Source of the DNA: Desulfurococcales archaeon
GTDB lineage: Archaea > Thermoproteota > Thermoprotei_A > Sulfolobales > Desulfurococcaceae
Assembly: GCA_027022365.1 (NCBI GenBank)
Contig: JALVYU010000026.1
Span: 256,001-320,000, forward strand
Direction: 5' to 3'
Length of the DNA stretch: 64,000 nucleotides
The notes under the pieces: generated by a model
Seen by the model: the letters and a program-made list of their open reading frames with translations, nothing else
Database searches by the model: none
What the model was told of the DNA's origin: nothing
Program-made: the position numbers and the translations under genes
Part shown: piece by piece, positions 19,365 through 30,616 of the stretch
How positions within the stretch are numbered: position 1 is the first letter of the stretch
How the letters are laid out: every line of letters starts with the position of its first letter

Positions 19365-19441
19365 CCCCCGATGAAGAATGAACCCGGGTATAAAACCCGT
19401 CTGAATACCTGCAATGTAGATAAGGCCCGCATGTGAGGGGG
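19365..19441 (+). ncRNA. candidate box C/D sRNA
   Basis: terminal CCCCC/GGGGG stem, C box ATGAAGA, internal CTGA, D box GTGA, two tRNA-complementary guides. Confidence 0.65.
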
Positions 19442-20044
19442 TTAGATCTTTTCTTTCCATAGCATGCGCATCTTTCTGCGTTTTTCAAGGAATGTTTCAC
19501 GCTCTATATACCTGTATACTGTCCCGTGTCTTCTCCCTTCTATAAGGAGCTCGATAGCGTTTTTCGCTATGTTCGCTGACTCGAAATCACCTATAATTGC
19601 AACATAGTGCTTATATACTGATATGTAGGTGCCTGTCATCTCTTCGAGAACACGCCTAGCCTTTCCCCCCTCACCTATAATTCTACCTTTTATCCTCTGC
19701 AGGTGGTTGAGCTTATCTCCAACATACTGCTTAAGATCAATTATTATGAGCACTTGGTCCTCATCGAGCAGTCTAAAAGCCCTCTCTGGGCTGAAACCAT
19801 ATGCTATCGCTCTCACTATGTCGCGTGCTTTCATAAGGTTTAGAGCGGTAGTTGATGGTGATGCTGGTTCTATTATCACGGAGCCTGTAGTGGAATCTAT
19901 TGTTATCAACGTGTTTGTACGGCGCATAATCTCTTCTTTTACCTTGCCGTCCTGTCCTATGAGTACACCTATCCTATCCGGCGGTACTTTCTCATATAGT
20001 CTTGTCACGCCTATTGTCAGTCTTCCCTTGTCTTCATTAGACAC
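19442..20044 (-). CDS. KH-domain pre-rRNA processing protein (Dim2/Pno1)
   Basis: IGVLIGQDG, KGRIIGEGG, GRRHGTVY. Confidence 0.9.
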   Translation of the reverse strand: MSNEDKGRLTIGVTRLYEKVPPDRIGVLIGQDGKVKEEIMRRTNTLITIDSTTGSVIIEPASPSTTALNLMKARDIVRAIAYGFSPERAFRLLDEDQVLIIIDLKQYVGDKLNHLQRIKGRIIGEGGKARRVLEEMTGTYISVYKHYVAIIGDFESANIAKNAIELLIEGRRHGTVYRYIERETFLEKRRKMRMLWKEKI

Positions 20045-20823
20045 GACTTGATCTCCTCCAATACTTTGTTCGGGTCGGGTGTATCTATACCTACTTCATC
20101 CTTGAAGAACCTAATAAGGTTCTTAATATCCCTGATCAAGAATTCCATGGAGTTAGGATGATCTAGGAGAACGGCTTGACCTACATCAATGATGACTATA
20201 TCGAGATCTGGTGTTACCATTATGTTGAACTCAGATAAATCGCTGTGGACGAGCTTGGCTTTGCATACAATCTTGTTGAGTTCCGCTAGGATCTTATTCA
20301 GTATCTCGGCAAGTGATTCCTTATCCAGCTCATTGTATACTTCTGCTAGTAATGGGTATCTTTTTCCATTTTCACCCATAAATTCCATGACTAATACATT
20401 GTTTAGGAAAGTAATAGGTTTGGGTACTTTAACGCCCGCTTCATATAGTCTTTTCAGGTTTCTGAATTCTTTTCTGGTCCACGCATAGATTAGTGCCCTC
20501 GTGTTTCGGGGCTTAAACCCCTCGAAGCGGGGGTCTCCAATGATGTATTTTAGGATGCCTTTCTTGAACATTGCGGTTGATGTTAAATATATTTTTACGG
20601 CTAGAGAAGTGTTTTTGAGCCCGTATGCAAGGTAGACTCGCGCTTCTTTACCGGAACTGATTACACCCGCCATTCGCTTTATGATCTTGCGTCTCATTAG
20701 ATTGTATATCGTCATAACTGTTCTTGTATCAAACACTTCTTCGACTGTCTCGTAGAGATCTTTGTCCTTTATTCTTTTCTCACGGCGAGGATAGGGGTAG
20801 AAGATGTCATCATCTATGCTCAT
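20017..20823 (-). CDS. rio1: RIO1 serine kinase
   Basis: ISSGKEARVY, AVKIY, KEFRNL, VHSDLSEFNI, IIDVGQAV. Confidence 0.92.
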   Translation of the reverse strand: MSIDDDIFYPYPRREKRIKDKDLYETVEEVFDTRTVMTIYNLMRRKIIKRMAGVISSGKEARVYLAYGLKNTSLAVKIYLTSTAMFKKGILKYIIGDPRFEGFKPRNTRALIYAWTRKEFRNLKRLYEAGVKVPKPITFLNNVLVMEFMGENGKRYPLLAEVYNELDKESLAEILNKILAELNKIVCKAKLVHSDLSEFNIMVTPDLDIVIIDVGQAVLLDHPNSMEFLIRDIKNLIRFFKDEVGIDTPDPNKVLEEIKSCLMKTRED

Positions 20824-21167
20824 ATGTACTCACTTAGTGCTTCTAGGAATTCCTGTGGCAGTACACCCTTCTCCAGTAGCTTCGCTACCTCGCCCCTACT
20901 ATACTTGTGTACTATTTCTCCCCTATCCGGCGAGAAATCCCATAGCCCGACTAGTACGATGTCGCCTTCGTTCATCCATACCCTTCTACGCATTTTTCCG
21001 GGTATTCTGACTTTTCTTTCAGCACCGTCGATGCATTTGACCACTAGGTAGTCTCCGCCGAGCAACCTGATAACTCCACAGATAATTGTTCCTTCGCCGG
21101 GCAGTGGCGGTTCTTTACTACTTTCCTCCCTATATCTTCGTTTTTTCTTTTTCCTTTTTCTAGGCAT
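20820..21167 (-). CDS. eif1a: translation initiation factor aIF-1A
   Basis: LLGG..VKCIDG..RIPGKMRRRVWM.EGDIV. Confidence 0.95.
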   Translation of the reverse strand: MPRKRKKKKRRYREESSKEPPLPGEGTIICGVIRLLGGDYLVVKCIDGAERKVRIPGKMRRRVWMNEGDIVLVGLWDFSPDRGEIVHKYSRGEVAKLLEKGVLPQEFLEALSEYI

Positions 21168-21183
21168 GGTTTCACCAATTAAA

Positions 21184-22245
21184 CTATTCTTTGACCATGT
21201 ACACTTTATCCCTTACTCTTACTCTTTTCAATCGTTCACCGGTCTTTACGTTCTTTAAGCCCTTTGTCCGTGGGAACTCGTCTAGCTCTCCGGTCTCCTC
21301 GTTTAGGAGATATAGAGTTGATTCATCTTCTGCAACTACTAGGAATTCCTTATCATACACCATGTAGCCCGGCTTCTTCAGCCTGCCCTTCCAATAGTCA
21401 TCATATGGTACACGTATGTTTGAACCATCATCGAGCATGCTGATCTCTACTCCGTGCACATCACGCGACTTCACAACACCTGGGCGGCCACGGTATTCTA
21501 CCAAGTCGCCTCTACTTAGATCAGGCAGTCTCACGGATAACGTAGTGATCCCGTCCCAAGCGCCTTTATCGGGATTATATTTTGTCGGTTTAAACGATTC
21601 TACAACCTTAGCACCAGCGTCTCTACTCAAAAGCATTGATAGTCTCTTAGCTGCGACCTGGCTCAATAGTCTCACATCTAAACCTGTCTTCTTCTCTTTA
21701 ATCTCGACTATCTCCGCCGCGACACCGGGATCCCTTAGAGCCCTTCCTATGATCTTCATGTCATTCTCGTCCAGATGGCCACGTGCACTCCTAATCTGCA
21801 CTAAAGCCTTGTGTGCTCCCCCGGCTACAGCTAGGCATCTGGGACAAGGCACCCTCTTTATGTTGAGCACTAACTCTATCTCATGCTTTACCGGATAGCA
21901 ATCTGCTAGAATAGCCGAGACACGGGCCTTGACACCATGCTGTGTCTTATTTATCTTGTAAAGGTCTGAGACTATATCTATGTCCACTATCGTTATTTTG
22001 TCACGCAAGTTTTTCTCCAGCTCTCTTAGAGCTATTCTCCTGATAACTTCTCTCATCGGTAAGGGATCTCTCCACTCACCTTTATACAACCAGGACCCGC
22101 ACCGAGGACATATTGTTATAGTCAGTACTGGTCTTTCCCTAAATAATCCCTTACGATCTAAGAAGCAGGTTGGACACATCCCGTCTATCAAGGGCTCGTT
22201 CTCGCCGAGCTTCCGGCCACATACTACACAGTATTTTTCACGCAT
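21184..22245 (-). CDS. NMD3 family ribosome biogenesis protein
   Basis: CVVCG..CPTC, CPRCGS, CPRC..ALVQIR; start refined from 22341. Confidence 0.85.
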   Translation of the reverse strand: MREKYCVVCGRKLGENEPLIDGMCPTCFLDRKGLFRERPVLTITICPRCGSWLYKGEWRDPLPMREVIRRIALRELEKNLRDKITIVDIDIVSDLYKINKTQHGVKARVSAILADCYPVKHEIELVLNIKRVPCPRCLAVAGGAHKALVQIRSARGHLDENDMKIIGRALRDPGVAAEIVEIKEKKTGLDVRLLSQVAAKRLSMLLSRDAGAKVVESFKPTKYNPDKGAWDGITTLSVRLPDLSRGDLVEYRGRPGVVKSRDVHGVEISMLDDGSNIRVPYDDYWKGRLKKPGYMVYDKEFLVVAEDESTLYLLNEETGELDEFPRTKGLKNVKTGERLKRVRVRDKVYMVKE

Positions 22246-22561
22246 GACTAACCCCCAGTACCGCGAACTGGGCATGTTTAATTCCTCTAACCACGAGAAT
22301 AGCGTCAGGATGAACCAGTCCACGATTAATTGCTGCTTCAACTATGTTATTGCCTACGAGGTTAGCTATGGTTGCGCCCGCCAACATATTGAGGGCTTCA
22401 TCTATTGTGACCAGTTCTCCCTTGTAGAAAGCCGGGTCTACGTAGAACTTTATATTATCGTCGCTGAGCGTGGCGCCGAGTAGGTCAGCGTCGCAAACAG
22501 CTATAATTATTTCTCCGTCGTACTCGTATCTCTTGATATAAACCATGTCATTGTTACTCAT
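22238..22561 (-). CDS. DUF424 family protein
   Basis: IAVCDADLLG, FYKGE, ANLVGN. Confidence 0.85.
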   Translation of the reverse strand: MSNNDMVYIKRYEYDGEIIIAVCDADLLGATLSDDNIKFYVDPAFYKGELVTIDEALNMLAGATIANLVGNNIVEAAINRGLVHPDAILVVRGIKHAQFAVLGVSHA

Positions 22562-22632
22562 AATCTCTACTACCCCTAGGGTTTGGTGTTCTAGAATGTT
22601 GGATAAATGTTTCTGTTAATGAAAATAAAGCA

Positions 22633-23061
22633 TTAGAATGCTTGGAGAGATGTTTCGGCACCGCATGCAAGGCATTTCAGTATGAATACTTTTCCTGACC
22701 TCTTGAGCTCCGTGAACCTGCTACCGCATGTTGGGCATAATACGTATTTCTTCACGAATATCTCGATTAGCTTATTTATGACGTGCGCGCCGAACCTGCC
22801 TTGGAGCACTAATTGCTGTGATTCATCCATATATGCCGGGACAGCTAGTTCTTTCGCAAAGTAGCGCTGGAGAATCTTGGGATCCCGGTTGAGATAATCA
22901 GCTATCCACCTGAAATTACGTATTACAGTCTTCCCACCAACAATTATTATCTCGGCCTTCGGTATCTGGAACGCCTCCTGCGACCTAGCCTTAGTCGGTA
23001 ACTTCGAATATGCTCTCTCGAGTAATTCGTCGTATGTGTACTCACTCACTTTTTTGACCAA
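22633..23061 (-). CDS. eif2b: translation initiation factor aIF-2 beta
   Basis: YDELLERAY, KTVIRNF, YVLCPTCGS...CLACGA; start refined to TTG after GAGGTG. Confidence 0.92.
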   Translation of the reverse strand: MVKKVSEYTYDELLERAYSKLPTKARSQEAFQIPKAEIIIVGGKTVIRNFRWIADYLNRDPKILQRYFAKELAVPAYMDESQQLVLQGRFGAHVINKLIEIFVKKYVLCPTCGSRFTELKRSGKVFILKCLACGAETSLQAF

Positions 23062-23188
23062 ATCAACCACCTCATTAATGGTATTCAAAAACATCTATTT
23101 ATTTACTATTAAGTGCTAATGCGTGTTTAGAATAGTGTCATAGATACCTTATAAAGGGGTTTCTCCCCTTGAAAATCGAGGGGTAGAA

Positions 23189-24472
23189 GTGAGGATATAT
23201 ATTGAAACATATGGCTGTGCTCTGAATAGAGCTGATGAATCAATTATGAAGACTGTGCTTACTGAGAGAGGCCACGAGATAGTATCTTCGCCGGATCATG
23301 CCGATGTCATAGTAATTAACACGTGTACTGTCCGACTAGACACTGAGTTAAGAATGGTAAAAAGAATCGAAGAACTACGAGATTTCTGCCGAGCACATGG
23401 TAAGAAACTGGTGGTGGCTGGATGTATGGCTCAGGCGCAACCCTACAAGATCTCCAAGATAGCGCCAGAGGCCAGCCTTATATCCCCACAGAATAGTAGC
23501 AGAATACACCTGGCTATCGAGGAAAATAGTAGGGTAGTACTCCTAGACGGCGATAGAGACAGGAATTGTATTGGTTTATGGGTTGAGAAGGGAGTAGCAT
23601 ATATTCCGCTCCAAGACGGCTGTACAGGCGATTGCAGTTTCTGTATAGTGAAAAATGCACGTAGAAAACTCACTAGTTATCCAATGGAAAAAATTATTGA
23701 TGTGATCAAAAAAGCCGTTACTAATGGTGCTGTGGAAATTGAGCTTACAGGACAAGATACTGCGTCATACGGCCTAGACCTTTACGGCTCCCAGAAGCTT
23801 CCGGAACTACTAGAACGCATCGATGACTTACCCGGGAATTTCATGGTTAGAATAGGCATGATGAACCCAGACACATTGAGAAATATATTGGATCAAGTGA
23901 TAGAGGCCATGAGGCAATGCAGGAGAATTTATCACTTTCTCCACATACCGCTCCAGAGCGGAAGTGATAAGGTATTAAAGATCATGAGGAGAAGATACAC
24001 TGTCGACGAATATGTTGAGCTAGTCAAAGAGCTCAGAAGAAAAATACCTGAGGTAAGCATAGCAACAGACATAATTGTGGGGCATCCAGGCGAGGAAGAA
24101 GAAGATTTCGAGGCTACGATCAATATTATAGAGAAACTAGAGTTCGAAAGAGTACATGCTGCTGTTTACAGTATTAGACCTAACACTCTATCCGCTAGAA
24201 TGCCTCAAGTCCCGACCAAGACAAAGAAAAACAGGATGCTAAGACTACTTAGAGTAGTAGAAGAGGTCGGCTACAAAGTACATGCGCGTTACATTGGGTC
24301 AACGCTGAATGTGTTTATCACGGAGAAGACCAATAAGTGGATCGGTAGAACTAGGAACTATATTCCCGTGATCATATTGGACGACTTCAGCCCACTTAAC
24401 TACGGCAAACATGCAACAGTATTTATCAGGGACGCTACATTCTATGATCTCCGAGGAGAAATAGCTCGTTAG
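23189..24472 (+). CDS. tRNA t6A37 methylthiotransferase (MtaB/e-MtaB, radical SAM + TRAM)
   Basis: [36 protein letters not shown]. Confidence 0.88.
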   Translation: MRIYIETYGCALNRADESIMKTVLTERGHEIVSSPDHADVIVINTCTVRLDTELRMVKRIEELRDFCRAHGKKLVVAGCMAQAQPYKISKIAPEASLISPQNSSRIHLAIEENSRVVLLDGDRDRNCIGLWVEKGVAYIPLQDGCTGDCSFCIVKNARRKLTSYPMEKIIDVIKKAVTNGAVEIELTGQDTASYGLDLYGSQKLPELLERIDDLPGNFMVRIGMMNPDTLRNILDQVIEAMRQCRRIYHFLHIPLQSGSDKVLKIMRRRYTVDEYVELVKELRRKIPEVSIATDIIVGHPGEEEEDFEATINIIEKLEFERVHAAVYSIRPNTLSARMPQVPTKTKKNRMLRLLRVVEEVGYKVHARYIGSTLNVFITEKTNKWIGRTRNYIPVIILDDFSPLNYGKHATVFIRDATFYDLRGEIAR

Positions 24473-25269
24473 ATCGTAGTTTCTATAAATTCTATCTCAG
24501 GGTTATACTTAATCAACGACCTGTTTATCTCGTTAGCCAGTCTGACAAGATCGGATAACCTAATAGGGGTTGATACGGGATAAGCCCTTATCCTTGCAAC
24601 AACCTCCCCAACGCCTATTTTCTCTATCATTATTTTCTTCGAGTCTATCCTGAATATTCCCAGATCTATCTCCTCGATACTTTTTATAAGGTCGTCGACA
24701 ACTCTTAGTGGATCTATCTCACCAGTATTTAGTCTGATTCGTATCTGAACCGATGGTACGTACTCTTTGATAATAGCGTTAACTAGTAGGCTGTTTGCAA
24801 TGTATATTCTCTTACCATATATATCCTCGAGTGTTGAGACCATAGGCTCTACATCAATTATTCTTCCATAAACAGGTGTTGTGTGCCCGGGCAACCTTAT
24901 TTCATAGCTCTTCCCCTTGATGTGGCGGAGTAGCTGCAGATTGATATATGCGACGAACTCCCTGATCTCATAGAAGAACAAGATGAAGCTTGATACAACA
25001 AATATCGATATAGCTATAATAACTATATCGGGAGGAACAAATAAGTTCAGGATTGTTACCAGAATTATGAATATGACAATGACATCTATGAATCTGCTGA
25101 TCGTGTTCTTTGTTGAAGCAGATACTATTCCTCTATTCATGAGCGAGGTCAGAAATCTAACGAGCAGTATTCTCATGAGTACGAGTATTATTATTACGAG
25201 TATGACTGACTGGAATTTAAACAGTAGTTGCTCTGGCGATGGAAAAGTGAACGTCCAGTTAAAATACAC
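24469..25269 (-). CDS. MscS-like mechanosensitive channel protein
   Basis: three TM helices then GRIIDV...G..IYIANS. Confidence 0.6.
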   Translation of the reverse strand: MYFNWTFTFPSPEQLLFKFQSVILVIIILVLMRILLVRFLTSLMNRGIVSASTKNTISRFIDVIVIFIILVTILNLFVPPDIVIIAISIFVVSSFILFFYEIREFVAYINLQLLRHIKGKSYEIRLPGHTTPVYGRIIDVEPMVSTLEDIYGKRIYIANSLLVNAIIKEYVPSVQIRIRLNTGEIDPLRVVDDLIKSIEEIDLGIFRIDSKKIMIEKIGVGEVVARIRAYPVSTPIRLSDLVRLANEINRSLIKYNPEIEFIETTI

Positions 25270-25275
25270 GTGTAT

Positions 25276-25920
25276 TCACCCTTTGAAGTACCTCTCAACA
25301 TCTTCTACTCTGGATAACACTATTAATTGGTAGCCTGGACGAAGCACGTCATCCTCTATAGGGGGGCGAAGAGTTTTTCCATCGAAGAGCAAGAGTATCT
25401 TCACGTCCTCAGGGAGTTTTAGGTTTCGAAGCTCTGTCCCTATGACAGGATCTGTTTCTGCGAGTGATATCTGGTATATCTTATAGTTTCCTACGATGCT
25501 GATCAGTCTTGGTGAGGATATTGAGTCTAGATAGCTATTGAGGATTGATGCTATGAGACTGGCCTGAGAGATGGGTACTCCTAGTCCGAGTTCTTGGAGT
25601 AGATTCGCTATTCTATGATCGGTGACTTTGGCTAGCCTGTAGGGGACATTATATAGTTTGGCGATTGCAAGCACGAACAAGTTTATCTCGTTCCTACCCG
25701 TCAGCGCTATTACCATGTCGATTTCATCCATTTGTATGTCGCTTGCATATAGTGTTACATCCGTCGCATCCTTTCCTATGACAAAAATATCATATTTACT
25801 TGATAGCTCAGCTCTCCTCTGAGGATCCTTTTCTACGACGTAGACTTGGTGCTTCTTCAGGTCAAGAAGACTCAATAACTCCTCTGCAACTCCTCCGCCG
25901 CCAACAATGAGTATTCTCAA
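25276..25920 (-). CDS. trkA: Trk potassium uptake NAD-binding subunit
   Basis: ILIVGGGGVA, KDATD, ALTGRNEIN; TrkA_C. Confidence 0.88.
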   Translation of the reverse strand: MRILIVGGGGVAEELLSLLDLKKHQVYVVEKDPQRRAELSSKYDIFVIGKDATDVTLYASDIQMDEIDMVIALTGRNEINLFVLAIAKLYNVPYRLAKVTDHRIANLLQELGLGVPISQASLIASILNSYLDSISSPRLISIVGNYKIYQISLAETDPVIGTELRNLKLPEDVKILLLFDGKTLRPPIEDDVLRPGYQLIVLSRVEDVERYFKG

Positions 25921-25956
25921 GGAATCATCACTCCGTGCTTAGGGATCAGCGCTTCT

Positions 25957-27414
25957 TTACCTTAGTATTTTAATAACCTTGCGCCCAGATATAAGTCCTA
26001 CTAATAAGAAGACCTGTGTATATTCGACTCTCCCGATCAGCATCAATATCATTATCACAGCTCTTACCAGTAGGGGAGCATTGGGTGCGACTACTCCAGC
26101 GCTTAAACCTACACATCCTGCTGCGGATGTTGCCTCGAATAAAGCGTTTATGAAGCTGTATCCCTCGGCGGTTATTAGTAGGGCTCCGATAAATATTGCG
26201 AACATATGGACTATTGTGAAGAGAAGAGCTTGCCCTATTTCTTGCTCGGTGATGGCGTTCCCATCTATTTTTATCGTCTTCTGTATCTTGTCTCCAACAA
26301 TGGTATTTATTGATGCGTATTTGAATTTCTTCACTAAAACTAGTAGCCTGAAGCTCTTTATACCACCAGCTGTTGAGAATATCATTCCGCCTATGAACAT
26401 AGATAGTATAAGTATGAGTTTAGTGGTTGTTGATAGTCCGGCGATAGTTCCTATATTGAATCCTGTTGTTGTCATAGCCGATACTAGATTAAAGGAGCCA
26501 GCAACAAGAGAATATTCTAGGGGTTTATGATCTACTAGCACGTAGCTGAGGTCTGTTGCTATGACCAGTATGATCATTGAGTAAAGATATGTTCGGAACT
26601 CCTCGCTTCTCCATACGCTACGTAGTTCTCCTCTCAACATCTTATCCAGCAAAACAAAGTTCATACCTCCTAGAAACATTAGAGCCATTACCGGTATGTA
26701 TGTCAGGGGCGCCCTATTGAATATGACTTGATAGCCTTGATCATATGTTGACATACCACCAGTCGCTACTGTGGTTAATACGTGGTTGAATGCCTCGTAG
26801 AAATTCATGCCCGTATAAACATACGCTATTATTCCGCCTATCGTTAGGATCAGATATATCCTTATGAGTCTCTGCGCGGTCCGATAGAACGTCGCCTCTA
26901 TCTTTAGTGGTCTCTCAACACCATAGGCGGCCGCGCCGACTCGGTAAAAGTATGGAAACAATACCATGGCAAAAACAACTACACCGAGCTCGCCGCTCCA
27001 CTGCATTATGCTACGCCACGTTACTATGGATGGCTTCATGTGATCGAGGCCTGTCAGGACAGTAAAGCCTGTACCGGTGAAGCCCGAGATCGATTCAAAC
27101 CATGCGTTGACAAAGCTTATCTTCAGAGATATCATTAGCGGTATGGCTGCTTCGAGGGAGATCAATGGCCAAGCTATAGATGTAGCAATTAATCCTTCAA
27201 GGAGAGAGAGGGGTTTTGCCTCGATTTTCTGGAGCAGGTAACCCGCGAATATAAGGACTATTGAGGCGATAAAGAATGGCCAAGTTATAGGTTTCAAAGT
27301 GATCATATCAATCAATGGTACGCTCAGCATCAAAAGACCAAGCACTATCTGTAGAGCACCAATTATCTTCAAGATACTGCTCCAGTTAATCACCGCCAAA
27401 GCACCATTGCTCAA
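25957..27414 (-). CDS. trkH: Trk potassium uptake membrane subunit
   Basis: FESISGFTGTG, ATGG, TTTGF, STAGGIK, GCVGLS, MLIGRVE. Confidence 0.92.
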   Translation of the reverse strand: MSNGALAVINWSSILKIIGALQIVLGLLMLSVPLIDMITLKPITWPFFIASIVLIFAGYLLQKIEAKPLSLLEGLIATSIAWPLISLEAAIPLMISLKISFVNAWFESISGFTGTGFTVLTGLDHMKPSIVTWRSIMQWSGELGVVVFAMVLFPYFYRVGAAAYGVERPLKIEATFYRTAQRLIRIYLILTIGGIIAYVYTGMNFYEAFNHVLTTVATGGMSTYDQGYQVIFNRAPLTYIPVMALMFLGGMNFVLLDKMLRGELRSVWRSEEFRTYLYSMIILVIATDLSYVLVDHKPLEYSLVAGSFNLVSAMTTTGFNIGTIAGLSTTTKLILILSMFIGGMIFSTAGGIKSFRLLVLVKKFKYASINTIVGDKIQKTIKIDGNAITEQEIGQALLFTIVHMFAIFIGALLITAEGYSFINALFEATSAAGCVGLSAGVVAPNAPLLVRAVIMILMLIGRVEYTQVFLLVGLISGRKVIKILR

Positions 27415-27550
27415 AGATCATTGTAAATCTCCGTAACGATACCCAGGCCACGATGATAATCTAAAGTATGTTTTTAAAATTAAATATTCCCCAAAGAACA
27501 ATAGGATCACCAACAATATTCATATGGGCTCTAAAATGATAGAGAATATG

Positions 27551-27625
27551 CGGGCCCGCGGGGATTCGAACCCCGGGTCTCCGGCTTAGAAGGCCGGCGC
27601 CCTATCCTGGCTAGGCTACGGGCCC
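27551..27625 (-). tRNA. tRNA-Arg(TCT), no intron
   Basis: cloverleaf, anticodon arm CCGGC-CTTCTAA-GCCGG. Confidence 0.95.
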
Positions 27626-27678
27626 ACTGCCCCACGCCAGCCTTCATCTTAGGAAATATTTTTCGGGGGATATAGGCT

Positions 27679-30417
27679 TTATGGAGCTGGTTTACACTGG
27701 TTTGCTATGAGCTCTATTATTTTATCTATGTGTTTCTCTGGTTGTTCAATCCTTATTGTTACATGATCTTTCTTCCCTCCGCCTCTAGCACCATATTTTT
27801 TAAGCTCCTCTACGACCTTGGTTAGATCTACCTTGTTATTCCTGCATGTTTCGGGATGAGTTGCTATTTCAACTAGTTTTTCATCATAACTGATCACTAT
27901 GTATTTCTTCTTTAGTGAGTAATATTCTACAAGTTCGCGGAACAATTGTTTGTCTCCTATGCCCTGCTTTATCACAGCTACGTAAGTGTTGCATACAGGT
28001 GTCTTGGAGTTCTCTATGTCTTTCATGAGAAGTTCTTTCACTAATTTCCTATACTCGGAGATGAGCATGCGTTGCTCATATAGTTCTCTAGCCTTCTTCC
28101 GAGCCGAGTTGACAGGACTTCCTGTGTCAAGACCTAGCACGTCTGCTATTTCTTTTATTTCGTTTTCCAGCTTCTCTATGTAGGGCGGTAGCCTTGTGCT
28201 AGCGATGTATTCTAAACGGTATACTCCATCCTGTATTTTCTCAGTATTTATGATCTTTATTGCACCGACCTCCGATGTATTCGCTACATGAGTTCCAAAA
28301 CATGCTTCTGCATCATAACCGGGGATCTCGACTATTCTGATTATTGGCTGAATTACCGCTCCGCCCTCGTATATTTTCAGGCCGTACTTCTTCTCTGCCT
28401 CGAATTTTGGTAGGTAATGTAATTTCAGCCCTATATGCTCCTGTATAACCTTGTTGGCTATTTCTTCGATCATTCGTATCTCTTCCCCTGTTATTTGCTT
28501 ATAATGAGTTATATCCAGCCTAGCCTTCTCAGTAGTCTTCTCAGCTCCTGCTTGCCACACATGTTCGCCGAGGACTCTACGTGCGGCAGAGAGAATAATG
28601 TGTGTGGCTGTATGGTGCTTCATCAACGTGTATCTTCTATCCCAGTCAATAACTCCTCTGATCTCTGTACCGATGTCTTCGGGGGAGGGTTCCTTGTCTA
28701 GTCTATGTATAATGACGTTTCCTACCTTGTAGACTCCTTCGACTCGGTACTTGTTGTCCGCTATCTCGATAACGCCTGTATCGTGTTCTTGCCCGCCTCC
28801 ACGCGGGTAAAAGGCCGTCTGGTCAAGTATGACGTAATTATCTCTGATACCGAGTATTCTCGCCTTGAATTCCCTCATATATGGATCCTTATGAAATAGA
28901 AGGCTTGTTTCTGGAAAGTTACTAGCCCACGAAGCTATATCTGATGATACATCGGTCTTCTTTTCCTTTATTAGGGCTCGAGAACCACCATGTCTTGACG
29001 CGACGATACTATAGAAGTTTGGTGGAACATCTATTTTTACACCGAGTCTCGACGCGTATGATACTACTATTTCGGGCGGGATGCCATGGGAGTCATATAT
29101 CTCTATCATGGCGTCGAGATCGAGTTTCTTCTTTTTCTTAAGGATCCTTTTCACTATGCGGAATCCTCTATCGATGACGTCTAGGAATCTCTTAGTCTCC
29201 ACGCTTAATACGTCTACGATATAATTCATTCTTTCCCTAAACTTTGAGTAGATGTACTTGTCTTTCCAATAATTGGCCTGTAGTTTGAACAGCTCTAAGA
29301 TTATATCCTCTAGTCTCGAAGGCTCGACATTCAGCTGGAGAAGGGTTTTGAGGGTCCTTCTTATTACTAGGCGGGCCAGATAGCCTTCACCAACATTTGA
29401 CGGGACTATATAGTCTGATAGCATCAGGGATACAGTACGGATGTGGTCTAGGAGAGTGTATAGCCTTATTGATTCGATCAGTTGTTCGTAATACTTAGAA
29501 TACCCGATCCTTTCTACCTCATGTTTCAGTTTATCCAGACTATCAATCTCCTTATCGCTAAGCAGGTATGCAACCCTTCTTAAAACATCATATGGCGGCT
29601 CCTCTATCCCTAGTAGATCCTTGTATTTGCCGACCAGTTCTCCGTAGATGGTGTGGTACGAGGTTGGTAAGCGCTGAGTGAACCATGCTATTCTCTCTAT
29701 GCCGTACCCTGTATCCACCACTGTTATAGGCATAAGCTCGCGCTTATCATCTCTTATACGGTACTTCATAAATACAAGCGTTGCAAGTTCAAGACCGTCA
29801 ACCACTACCTCGTAAGCAGGCCCGGCGTTTCCTCCGCCTTCCCACCATGATTCTTTGAATACTAGATCGTCGGGATCAATACCTATTTCTTTAGTGAAGA
29901 ACTCAAATGCGTGGCTTAGAGTTTCGTCTACCCAGTAGACGCGATTATCTTTTTTATTGAATGCATGGTGCCCGCCCATTTCGAAGCTTGTAAGATGTCT
30001 ACCGAATGTTAGGCCGACATTGTCTATGTCTTCTAGCCTTATACATGGTTGTACTATCACTAATGGATTATAAGGAGGATCAACTATTCCCTCAGTCACT
30101 GCCGGCTGGAAAACAACTATTGATGCTATTGTCAAGTATAAGTCGTTCCTCCAACGAGCGAGAACAGGATAGGGTTCAATATAGCCGTGATTATTCCTTA
30201 CGAAATAGTCTATGAATCTTCTGCGGACCTCCTCCAAACCCAAGCTCTCGATATTAGGGTAGTCTTTGATTAGGAAATCATATTTACTGCACGGTCTATC
30301 GGGACACGTTTCCCGAGGTACTCGGCTCCAAAACGTTGCACCACATACTTTACACTTATAGGGCTTATAGTCGTGTTCTGGCAGAAACTTGTTCTTGAAC
30401 TCGGGCTCTACTGTCAT
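27679..30417 (-). CDS. alaS: alanine--tRNA ligase
   Basis: ASIVVFQP, QPCIR, FEMGGH, DTGYGIER, HTATH, CFGTH, GGGK. Confidence 0.97.
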   Translation of the reverse strand: MTVEPEFKNKFLPEHDYKPYKCKVCGATFWSRVPRETCPDRPCSKYDFLIKDYPNIESLGLEEVRRRFIDYFVRNNHGYIEPYPVLARWRNDLYLTIASIVVFQPAVTEGIVDPPYNPLVIVQPCIRLEDIDNVGLTFGRHLTSFEMGGHHAFNKKDNRVYWVDETLSHAFEFFTKEIGIDPDDLVFKESWWEGGGNAGPAYEVVVDGLELATLVFMKYRIRDDKRELMPITVVDTGYGIERIAWFTQRLPTSYHTIYGELVGKYKDLLGIEEPPYDVLRRVAYLLSDKEIDSLDKLKHEVERIGYSKYYEQLIESIRLYTLLDHIRTVSLMLSDYIVPSNVGEGYLARLVIRRTLKTLLQLNVEPSRLEDIILELFKLQANYWKDKYIYSKFRERMNYIVDVLSVETKRFLDVIDRGFRIVKRILKKKKKLDLDAMIEIYDSHGIPPEIVVSYASRLGVKIDVPPNFYSIVASRHGGSRALIKEKKTDVSSDIASWASNFPETSLLFHKDPYMREFKARILGIRDNYVILDQTAFYPRGGGQEHDTGVIEIADNKYRVEGVYKVGNVIIHRLDKEPSPEDIGTEIRGVIDWDRRYTLMKHHTATHIILSAARRVLGEHVWQAGAEKTTEKARLDITHYKQITGEEIRMIEEIANKVIQEHIGLKLHYLPKFEAEKKYGLKIYEGGAVIQPIIRIVEIPGYDAEACFGTHVANTSEVGAIKIINTEKIQDGVYRLEYIASTRLPPYIEKLENEIKEIADVLGLDTGSPVNSARKKARELYEQRMLISEYRKLVKELLMKDIENSKTPVCNTYVAVIKQGIGDKQLFRELVEYYSLKKKYIVISYDEKLVEIATHPETCRNNKVDLTKVVEELKKYGARGGGKKDHVTIRIEQPEKHIDKIIELIANQCKPAP

Positions 30418-30616
30418 GAATTAACACCACTACTATTTTGCATGCTCCATATTGTTTCTCTATAGTACGTCTTACTGAGAATAATATCATGGTTTTTACA
30501 ACTAATTATACCTAATCACGAAAACACGCTAGCAAAACAACATAGATAGAATTGAACTAACAGGTTACGTTTTCCTAAAAACTAATACGTTAATACTCTA
30601 CACAATATAACCACTG

